Positions 37,901 through 43,975 of a DNA stretch of 64,000 bases are shown in pieces. Positions within the stretch are counted from its first letter, which is position 1. Every line of letters starts with the position of its first letter. Made by a program: the position numbers and the translations under genes. The DNA comes from Podarcis tiliguerta (lineage: Eukaryota), in the NCBI GenBank assembly GCA_965153285.1, contig OZ229113.1. The stretch is one strand, 5' to 3'. The notes below the pieces were generated by a model. The model worked only from the letters and a program-made list of their open reading frames with translations, searched no databases and was not told the origin of the DNA.

Positions 37901-39400
37901 GGATGCTTAGATCATCTGATTAACACTGAATCAGGCAACTAAAGACAATGCGTTGTACATTGAGGAAAAGAAGCAAAGCTACTCACTAGCTAATGTTACC
38001 ATGGCTGGAACACTGGCAACAACACCTTCAGGCACACGGGCTATGCACTGGTACCGGCCCACTGTGTCGTTGTTTAAGGAAGCCACGGTAAGCAATCTCT
38101 GATCAACATGGATCCCCAGGATGTCATCTGAGGGAAGCAGCTCCTTTCCGTTTAGTCTCCAGGACACATTTACAGTCAAGGGCTCGACCACGCACCTCAA
38201 GCTCACCAAGCCACCATACTTCTGGACCACAGAAGCAGGCTGCACGGTGACCTGACGAGATTGACCTGAAAAAGGAGGACAGTTGAGAAATCCTCATGAA
38301 CACTGGTTTACAAAAGGGAGGTAGATCTACTAAACTGTAGGTACCAGCTATCTACATTCTAATCACATTCACATTGTTTAGGCTTGTCATGCATTAACCA
38401 TTCTTCAATAAAAATGGATAAAGGTGATACCAAAGGTTGAAGGCTATTGGCATTTAGTGGTTGGTTACTTATTACTAAGATCATAAGAATACATCACATT
38501 CAACTGTTGAGACTTCACCTTAGGGATATGGATCTTCAGTCTCAACAAGGGCACCATGCTGTTAGTGAGGCTTTATATGTAAGTAAAGGCATGTTCCACC
38601 GCACAGTATTCTAGCTGCCTTCTCTCTCTCTGTCCTGCCCTCTACTTCAGGAGAGGCAGTACACACAGAGAACATCTGTAATATTCAGCTTCCATAGTGA
38701 GAGAAGCAAAGTACTGTCCTATGGTGACTAAGTAAAAAAGCAGTACAAAGTGGAATGTAAGAACTGTCTTGCTGAATCAGATCAAAGGACAACATTCTGT
38801 TTTTAACAGGGATATACCGTAGCCCTGGAAATCTCATAAAGAAAGAAAGGCCTCTTCTGTTATTTTGTCCCCATCACTTCATGGTTAGAGGTATACCACT
38901 TCTGGAATTAGGTGAGTTTGACATTTGCCTGCTCGCCCACAGGCAATTGCTACTCACTCCAGGTGAGCAGCACATTTCATGACTCAGCAATGATTCTCAA
39001 ATGTTGACTTGGGATTTGAAAGCAGTCGTAAGTGGCTGAAAATAACGCTACAGAAAAAGATTAAAGGGAAGGCAGCATTTGAAAGTTGAGAAGTAGGATC
39101 AATCCCATAAGCAAAATGGAAATAAAGTTGAGTCCTTGAAAATGCAGCAGCTTAATAATAATAATAATAATTTATTATTTATACCCCGCCCATCTGGCTG
39201 GGCTTCCCCAGCCACTCTGGGCAGCTTCCAAAAAAATATTAAAATACTGTAATACATCAAACATTAAAAGCTTCCCTAAACATTTATTAGGGGGAAATGG
39301 GGGGGGGGAACTCACCCAAATTTGCAATGCAACCAGCAGATGCCAAGAGCAAACAGATGATAGCAGTCATTGGTCTTTCCCCCTCTGATATCATGGCCAT
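4833..39400 (-). CDS. BOC: BOC, Brother of CDO, Hedgehog co-receptor (Ig/FnIII transmembrane protein); complete spliced CDS, 18 exons, 1100 aa
   Basis: join(39400-39316,38265-37987,24783-24637,23693-23550,23128-22835,21709-21437,19871-19573,16296-16137,15623-15513,14621-14415,13203-13022,11118-11013,10000-9878,9154-8933,8527-8301,7200-7130,6059-5869,5014-4833) = 3303 nt, open frame, all GT-AG. Four Ig domains (CDON has five) and BOC-specific peptides such as [23 protein letters not shown] and [20 protein letters not shown]. Confidence 0.96.
5869..6059 (-). CDS. BOC: BOC coding exon 17 (cytoplasmic)
   Basis: acttag|G ... ACAG|gtcagt; [35 protein letters not shown]...DPVFHT. Confidence 0.92.
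6745..7046 (-). mobile_element. L2-clade LINE 3' fragment
   Basis: Minus strand encodes ...[71 protein letters not shown], typical of an L2 ORF2 end, followed by AATAAA and a (TTA)n tail. Confidence 0.8.
7130..7200 (-). CDS. BOC: BOC coding exon 16 (71 nt, cytoplasmic)
   Basis: ttctcag|CAG ... CAGAG|gtatga; [23 protein letters not shown]; phases 0/2 fit both neighbours. Confidence 0.85.
7396..7610. mobile_element. Tc1/mariner (Tigger/pogo-type) MITE
   Basis: TA|CAGTGGTACCTC ... GAGGTATGACTG|TA: imperfect TIRs, TA duplication, CpG-rich interior. Confidence 0.8.
8301..8527 (-). CDS. BOC: BOC coding exon 15 (juxtamembrane cytoplasmic)
   Basis: tttcag|AG ... CAACAG|gtaaat; [27 protein letters not shown]...SPDEVQQ. 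Confidence 0.92.
8933..9154 (-). CDS. BOC: BOC coding exon 14 (transmembrane)
   Basis: ctcttgaag|CT (AAG acceptor) ... CAGA|gtaagt; ARKSAG...[35 protein letters not shown]. Confidence 0.94.
9243..9450 (-). mobile_element. Degraded L2-type LINE 3' end with (TAT)n tail
   Basis: Shares aaaggcctg...aagag...ttttcctagcacctaaa...gaaggtgc with 10151-10480 and the tail motif with 14783-14860. Confidence 0.65.
9878..10000 (-). CDS. BOC: BOC coding exon 13 (end of FnIII-3)
   Basis: attcag|GT ... AAAG|gtaact; [41 protein letters not shown]. Confidence 0.95.
10151..10480 (-). mobile_element. Degraded L2-type LINE 3' end
   Basis: ggggagagcattccacagttggggagctaccacaggaaaggcc is the antisense of an [18 protein letters not shown] motif; (TAT)n tail at left. 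Confidence 0.7.
10728..10878. repeat. Long imperfect palindrome, probably an old MITE
   Basis: Arms tttttatccc..gaggtttcct..aaaaagttgctctttaaagttg..caaatggcgatttg and cagattggcatttg..cagctttaaagagcgagtttt..aggaaagctc..gggtaaaaaa are reverse-complementary. Confidence 0.7.
11013..11118 (-). CDS. BOC: BOC coding exon 12 (FnIII-3, Hedgehog-binding domain)
   Basis: ttctatag|TAC ... GAAG|gtaagg; [35 protein letters not shown]. Confidence 0.95.
11154..11391 (-). mobile_element. Squam3-type tRNA/CORE SINE, slightly 5'-truncated, (CTT)n tail
   Basis: Near-identical to copies at 15792-16050 and 31979-32223. Minus strand has TGGTGTAGTGG A-box, GGTTTGATTCC B-box and CORE-like gctgggtgaccttgggccagtcac. 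Confidence 0.85.
12030..12192 (-). mobile_element. Old degraded tRNA-head SINE
   Basis: Residual similarity to 17195-17350, 35268-35425 and 47480-47640 (tgcatgcaaa...ctaccattaagcta head remnant). Confidence 0.4.
13022..13203 (-). CDS. BOC: BOC coding exon 11 (FnIII-2/FnIII-3)
   Basis: ttctag|GC ... ATG|gtaagc; [61 protein letters not shown]. Confidence 0.95.
13760..13879. mobile_element. 120-bp hAT-type MITE
   Basis: TIRs CATGGGCGTAGCCA / TGGCTACACCCATG; 8-bp TSD gacttggg (13752-13759) / gactaggg (13880-13887). Confidence 0.85.
14415..14621 (-). CDS. BOC: BOC coding exon 10 (FnIII-2)
   Basis: cttacag|CT ... AAAG|gtagga; [43 protein letters not shown]...GLEK. Confidence 0.95.
14783..14860 (+). 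mobile_element. L2-type LINE tail fragment
   Basis: ttgtaaaccaccctatgatccttggatgaagggcagtatagaaatttaataaataataataa stem-loop tail. Confidence 0.6.
14985..15256 (+). mobile_element. CR1 LINE 3' end
   Basis: CR1 ORF2 end and 3'UTR ending in ttccaactctatgattctatgatt (ATTCTRTG repeats). Confidence 0.85.
15513..15623 (-). CDS. BOC: BOC coding exon 9
   Basis: gcttag|GA ... TCCC|gtaagg; [37 protein letters not shown]. Confidence 0.95.
15750..15776. repeat. (CAT)n microsatellite
   Basis: Perfect trinucleotide run abutting the SINE target-site duplication. Confidence 0.9.
15792..16050 (-). mobile_element. Full-length Squam3-type SINE with perfect 16-bp TSD
   Basis: TSD ttgaaagcaaatttct at 15776-15791 and 16051-16066; intact 5' end GAGAGCCAGTG. 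Confidence 0.9.
16137..16296 (-). CDS. BOC: BOC coding exon 8 (FnIII-1)
   Basis: ttcaacag|GTA ... ACCG|gtaaag; [53 protein letters not shown]. Confidence 0.95.
17195..17350 (-). mobile_element. Old tRNA-head SINE remnant with CR1-like tail
   Basis: aacataggaa...ggaagctgcc tail at left; minus-strand head ggctgtagttcagt...gcattcaaaaggttccaggttc. Confidence 0.45.
18215..18634 (+). mobile_element. CR1 LINE 3' fragment (ORF2 end + 3'UTR)
   Basis: [39 protein letters not shown]... is the canonical CR1 RT C-terminus; premature stop; tail ctatgattctatgattc. Confidence 0.93.
19573..19871 (-). CDS. BOC: BOC coding exon 7 (Ig-FnIII linker, start of FnIII-1)
   Basis: ttctag|GA ... AAG|gttagc; GTTLKPQQ...[43 protein letters not shown]. 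Confidence 0.92.
19964..19995. repeat. (TG)n microsatellite
   Basis: About 16 TG units. Confidence 0.95.
20310..20652 (+). mobile_element. LINE (L2-like) 3'UTR fragment ending in (TATG)n
   Basis: Homologous to 50240-50525 (ccctgcct..gccttttcccac..gcctgggaggg..tccagct ... gcatacaaataaa). Confidence 0.6.
21229..21352 (+). mobile_element. L2-type LINE 3' tail (~120 bp)
   Basis: tttagggaagtttttaatg...gccgcccagagtggctggggaaacccagccagatggg + (ATT)n; same family as 39153-39282. Confidence 0.75.
21437..21709 (-). CDS. BOC: BOC coding exon 6 (Ig4)
   Basis: ttttcag|AA ... CCTG|gtaagt; [32 protein letters not shown]...[23 protein letters not shown]. Confidence 0.95.
21903..22005 (-). mobile_element. 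CR1 LINE 3' end
   Basis: atcatagaat...gagttggaagggacccaagggtcatctagtccaaccccctgcaatgcaggaatc. Confidence 0.8.
22835..23128 (-). CDS. BOC: BOC coding exon 5 (Ig3)
   Basis: cactag|GC ... TTTG|gtgagt; [37 protein letters not shown]...YNVQVF. Confidence 0.96.
23550..23693 (-). CDS. BOC: BOC coding exon 4 (Ig2 C-half)
   Basis: taacag|AT ... AGAC|gtaagt; [48 protein letters not shown]. Confidence 0.96.
24162..24523 (-). mobile_element. Sauria SINE (Squam1), near full length
   Basis: Minus head GGGCGGGTGGCGCTGTGGGTTAAA...GGTTCGAATCCC (A/B boxes) and (ACCTTT)n tail; many intact CpGs. Confidence 0.9.
24637..24783 (-). CDS. BOC: BOC coding exon 3 (Ig2 N-half)
   Basis: aaacag|AT ... AGAG|gtgagt; [49 protein letters not shown] (not in ORF track). 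Confidence 0.96.
25662..25696. repeat. Compound (GATT)n/(GACT)n microsatellite
   Basis: gattgattgattgattgactgactgactgattgact. Confidence 0.85.
27446..27835. mobile_element. Tc1/mariner-superfamily (Tc2-like) MITE
   Basis: TA|CCATATATACTCGAGTATAAGCCGA ... TCGGCTTTTACTCAAGTATATACGG|TA; internal repeats of ctcgagtataagc. Confidence 0.88.
29613..29832. mobile_element. Tigger/pogo-type MITE
   Basis: TA|CAGTGGTACCTCGGGTTA ... TAACCTGAGGTACCACTG|TA; internal ggttaagaac repeats. Confidence 0.9.
30145..30567. mobile_element. Degraded PIF/Harbinger-like palindromic MITE
   Basis: Starts ggcctggttcacac, ends taatgtgccgtgcaaacagggtc; internal acaagcca/tggctt motifs shared with 55867-56280. Confidence 0.55.
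30930..30968. repeat. (GAA)n plus G-run simple repeat
   Basis: (gaa)8 followed by poly-G. Confidence 0.9.
31946..32386. mobile_element. hAT (Charlie-type) MITE interrupted by a SINE
   Basis: TIRs CAGGGCTGTCCAAC / GTTGGACAACCGTG; 8-bp TSD ctctagtg (31938-31945) / ctctactg (32387-32394); subterminal gatctac/gtagatc motifs. Confidence 0.75.
31979..32223 (-). mobile_element. Squam3-type SINE nested in the hAT MITE
   Basis: Same family as the 11154 and 15792 copies; (CTT)n tail; intact 5' GAGAGCCAGTGTGGTGTAGTGG. Confidence 0.88.
35268..35425 (-). mobile_element. Old tRNA-head SINE remnant
   Basis: gatacc agggactgaa...aaccttttgcatgcaaagcatgtactttgccact head remnant; related to 47480-47640. Confidence 0.45.
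36190..36440. mobile_element. Harbinger-like MITE fragment
   Basis: aaacaaaccacaagc, acaagccagact and aactatggcttaatg motifs shared with the 30145 and 55867 elements. Confidence 0.5.
37987..38265 (-). CDS. BOC: BOC coding exon 2 (Ig1)
   Basis: ttttcag|GT ... GCTA|gtgagt; [25 protein letters not shown]...[24 protein letters not shown]. Confidence 0.96.
39153..39282 (-). mobile_element. L2-type LINE 3' tail (~125 bp)
   Basis: Reverse-complement homolog of 21229-21352, with (AAT)n at left. Confidence 0.75.
39316..39400 (-). CDS. BOC: BOC coding exon 1 (signal peptide); exon including 5'UTR is probably 39496-39316
   Basis: gggATGg Kozak context; [28 protein letters not shown]; donor G|gtgagt, phase 1. 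Upstream acceptor gactaac...pyrimidine tract...catccag| at 39497. Confidence 0.85.
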
Positions 39401-42400
39401 CCCATGCAGAGGAGTCTGGAGCAAAAGATGCCAAGTGAAGTTCCCATAAGCTGCCCCAGAGGACTTAAGGGTAGAAATTCAGCTTTGTGAGGTGCCCTGG
39501 ATGACAGAGAGATAAGAGATAAAATAGTAGGTTAGTCAAGAGTCAAGAGAATACCGGTAGTTTTTTTGACACACATCAACACCCAGAGTCAGCATTTAGT
39601 CCTCAGAGGATGGAATCACAAATTTAAAGGCAAACATGGATAGTTGTGCCTCTTAACCCTAATAAGTGAAGGTGGCATTCCATCTTGCCATGAAGGCAGC
39701 TTGAGGTGAAGAAACTAGGTGGTTCAGATCTTATCGCCTCTTTTGCAAGGACCGTTTATAAGAGGAAGTCATAAACATGAACGCAGCGCAGTGCACATTT
39801 ATCTTCTCTGATGTCAGCAAATCAATAAATGGTTCAGTACAAGATCCAGAAGGTCTCATAGCCAGAGGGTCAAGAAAACTGCCACAATTATACTGCAAAT
39901 AGCAGTGTATGATAAGAATGATGAGTATTTAAACAAGTGGGCTTTTGGTTACTTGAAGTTAGCAGCAGTAATTGCCTCTTGGAACAACAAATTCATGTAA
40001 ACTAAGCATATAGAAGCCTATAGATTGTCAATGTACCGAGCTGCAACTGTACTTAAGCATTCAGTGGAAGAACATAAGCACTGTTTACATGTTACACTCA
40101 TGGTAGTGATCAATATGACTGTTTTTCACCACCAGCACCCATTCCCTTGCAGCGGATTTTTCATTTGTAGTAAAATTAATATGTGAACAACACAGTCCTG
40201 CTTAGCTCCCATTGTATAAACTCTATCCACCACAAATGAAACATCGCAGTGAACTAATGTGCTATTACGGATATTTTTAGGACATAAAATAAGAACACGT
40301 CCAATCAAGTGCAGCTTAAATAGTTTGTTTGCCAAGTTCTGTTACCTCTTTACTTGGCTGTGGTTATAAAAAATATTTTGGTTTAAACAGAAAGACAAAT
40401 GAATAGATTTCCTCAGCCCCTGGGCTCTTAATACAAACAGATACAATACAGAGAAAAAAACAGAAAAAGAAAAGCTTTTTGGGGAGAAATTATGGTAAAA
40501 AGGAGGAGACACAGAAAATTGTCACACAGGGATACACCAGATACTATATAGACACAGTGCTCACATACCGCAGTAAGGAATTTAAAAATAAAATAAAACC
40601 AGACCAATATAAATGCATCCAGACTCAGGCTAGAATCCTCACCCCACTGACTTCAAAGGCAGTGTCAAATTAGATTTAGACTTTACTTTGAGCATGGTAC
40701 TGTCAAAGTAAAGCATTTTAAAGTCATTTTTAACTCCAAGGGAAGAGATATAAGCCCATGCTTCACTCTTCCATTCAATCAATGGAGCTTTAAAATTTTC
40801 AACTTTGACTGGACTGCATCCTTCATTATCCCACGAGTAAAGGTGCAACAGGGACAATGGATTAGAGGGAATGAAAAGTAAGAACTTTGTTTTTATAAAT
40901 TATTTCCCTTCAGGTTAAAAACAATTTCCTGTCCATGGACTGGGGGCATGGAAGTCACTTTCATTAAATCAAAGGACTACACTATTGGCAGAGATTAAGG
41001 AGGGGGAGAATCAGATGCATGAGGTGTAAAAGCTAATATCATCAGCGTTACCTATCCCCATGCTGCTCAAAAGTGTGTATATGTGGAAAAATCTGTATAC
41101 ACTGCAGAGAACAAGAAGAGGGGTGGAGGAAGAGACAAAGGAAGATTGAGGGAGTCCTATAATAGTAACATTGGCAGCTATAGAGGTGTTTGTTGATTAG
41201 AATCTGAAGGTTTTATTGAGGAAATGCTGCCTGCAGCTCCAGACCCCCTGCTGCTTAAATAAGGGCCAGCCAAGCAATTCTTGTTACTACCACACCATCT
41301 GAAATTTATGAGGGGGGTCCTAAATGAAAAACAGCCCGTGTTTCAGCTGCTGGGCATGAGCAAGACTTTTGCTGCAACTTGAGGAATGGATGAAGGACAA
41401 TGGGGGAAGGGAGAAGGTGTTTGGGGAAAGGAGAAATGAAAAGGGAACTCAGACAGGCAGGCAGAATTGTCAAAGCCTGTAAGGTGGTTTCCTGTCTAAA
41501 GGCAACTGCAATTCTGCCAGGTCTTCAGTCAAAGGGATTGACGTATCAAAGTTCTACAAGCTGAGTGAACTGGCCTGTGATGCTATGAGAAGTGATTTGG
41601 TACTAATTCCCATTGAACTTATGAGTAAATAAGGATAGGATCCCACTGCATAAAACACAACCAAGAGTCTGTACTTTTCAGTTTGTGCCCCTGGTTAGTC
41701 ACAGGTACAATTTAGGTGGAAACAAATAAAGAAACACTTCAAGACTATGGCATGGGGGAAGAAAAATGACTACTTTTAACTGTTAATATCTTGCTCACCT
41801 TTGAACTACTTCAGATGAGAAAAGATGTAAGGGAAGAGTGCACGAGTTATGTATTTTATCGTGCAGGAAAATAAGAAGACATTGCAACACTTCCATTAGG
41901 AAAGTCTAGGTTTTAAATGGGCTGCCAAACAAGATAGTCTTGACTCTGCCACTTTTGCTCCTGTTGTCAGGTACCAAAGAGAATCTATTTACGAAGTTGA
42001 ACTATGTTCCATATTGACCATGTATTGGGCTGGATTGATAAAAAACCCAATCAGAAATGATGTCCCCTTCTTGTCATAGAGGCCAGCCAGCAGCAGGATG
42101 CTGGAGAAAAGGCATGCCCACAATTAGTCATGTGCTCTCAGCCCATTCCTGAGGGCTGAAAAATGATAGAAAAGAAAGCTTTTAAAAAAAGTGCAGGCCA
42201 AGCATGTAAACCAATCCATTAATCTTCTCCACTTTGGTGACATTTACAAGGAATCTGAGGTGGCAGACCAGTTTATAACATCAGCCCTAGATACGCCACT
42301 CTTGAAGGCTGATTTTAGAAACGGGAAAGCCAAGCTAAATACACAATTTAAATGTTGTGAACATCAGACCTCATAAAATGGACATTTTAGGCTTCCCTCT

Positions 42401-42885
42401 TGATCTGAATATAGTAATCTCTAATTATTTTTTGTTTGCATGAATTAGTTTTGTCTACAGGTATACAAAACAATTAGTCTGCATCATTGCTCATGGTAAT
42501 TAGGATAAGTGATTATCTGCAAGACAAGATTTACAGTAGGTCACTTGCAAGTCAACTAAGATTACAGGCTTAATTTTATTTTTTGTTTTAATGGTTGGAT
42601 CACTATTACTTTTATGCTTTCTTCTATGCTGCTTTGAGCAACGCATTTGTGAAAGGGAAAAGCAGGGGGCAATTTTTTAGAAGAACAAAATAATGTACAG
42701 TATTTGAAAAAAAATTAGCTCATCGATCTCATACATTTCCATATATGTTAAGGACAATAGGTCATGACCATAGGTCAAGTAAACCCACACAGAATAGTGA
42801 CACTTATGGAATAGCTCATTAACTGACCACATTAAGACCAGCTGTTGAATTGCTACTTATGGTTTCTCCCATAGAGGTGAGACTG

Positions 42886-43056
42886 TGGCTGCATACACAC
42901 CATACCTTTGAAGAACATTTGCCCGCGCCCTCAATGAGAATCCTGAAAATTGTAGTTTACGCTATATAGAGCTATAGTTCCCAGCACCCTTAACAAATTA
43001 TAGTTCCCATGATTCTTTGGGGGAGGGGAAACATGCCTTAAATGTGTGCACAGCTT
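42886..43056. mobile_element. Palindromic MITE-like repeat (Harbinger-like ends)
   Basis: ggctgcatacacac ... atgtgtgcacagc ends; internal gaatcctgaaaattgtagttt / aaattatagttcccatgattc inverted arms. Confidence 0.6.
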
Positions 43057-43126
43057 CTGAGTAGTACAATGTGAAGTCTTCTTAGTGAAAGCTCAAGGTT
43101 TATGACATTTAGAGAATTCCCTGAAA

Positions 43127-43469
43127 CTTAAGCCCAATTCAGGTGTTCTCCCTTCTGCAATTACTGCTGAGTGAGAGGGAAAGTGGGACAACACTTGCTG
43201 GCCCTGCCCCTCCATCATGATCCCCTCACTACCTTCCACACACTGAAGAGGGAAGGTCTGGTGTGGGGCATCTGCCCAAGCAGAGTTCTGAATCATGGAG
43301 TGAGCCTAAACACATAGAGCAGCCTCCCCAATTCAGTTTCCCCCACCCACCAATGTGTGGAAGGTGATGAAGGGGACACAAAAGTAGGGTCAGAGCCATC
43401 TAGCATGGCCCGCTGACACTCCTCAAGGAACTAGAATTGCATGACGAAGAACACCCAAATACGGCTTTT
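43127..43469. repeat. ~340-bp old hairpin element
   Basis: Outer arms aagcccaattcaggtgttct / agaacacccaaatacggctt; inner arms cccctcactaccttccacacactg / caatgtgtggaaggtgatgaagggg. Confidence 0.6.
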
Positions 43470-43793
43470 GACAACAGCTGTTTCTCAGTAAGAGATCAAT
43501 GAATAGGCATTGCTGTATTCTTTCACATAACTGCCTTTGAATAAAAATATAATTTTTGGGTTTTCTATGCTTTACAGATAAGACCACGAATGCATGCTGC
43601 TATTGTTAACAATTTTTGAATTTGGTGGCTATTGTAGGACAAAATGTAAAAAGTAACAATGAAGGAGGGGAAGAATGAGATATGAAAGCTCAGGTGTTTT
43701 TAAAAAAACAGGTGGAAACTCTTATTTTTCCCAGGTCTTCACACCTACTGTACTGTATTGCACCATCACAAATCAAAGACACATTTCTATGAG

Positions 43794-43975
43794 AAAAAAC
43801 AGCCAAGAGTTTTGTAGCACTTTAAAGGCTTAACACATTTTATTAAGGCATTAGCTTTCAAGATGAAGCCCACAAATGCTTATGCAATGATGACATTTGT
43901 TAGTCTTTAACATGTCACAAGGGTCTTTGTTGATTTTGCTGCAACAGATTAATGTGGCTACCCACAGCCCTGGAA
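43794..43975. mobile_element. Penelope-like element inverted pLTR remnant
   Basis: Inverted arms aagagttttgtagcactttaaaggcttaacacattttattaaggcattagctttc / gcttatgcaat..atttgttagtctttaacatgtcacaagggtctttgttg, then gctgcaacagattaatgtggctaccc. Matches my recollection of reptile Penelope pLTR repeats. Confidence 0.65.

Noticed and set aside
4833-39400. CDON as an alternative identity
   Set aside because: Only four Ig domains, BOC-specific peptides and CFAP44 adjacency.
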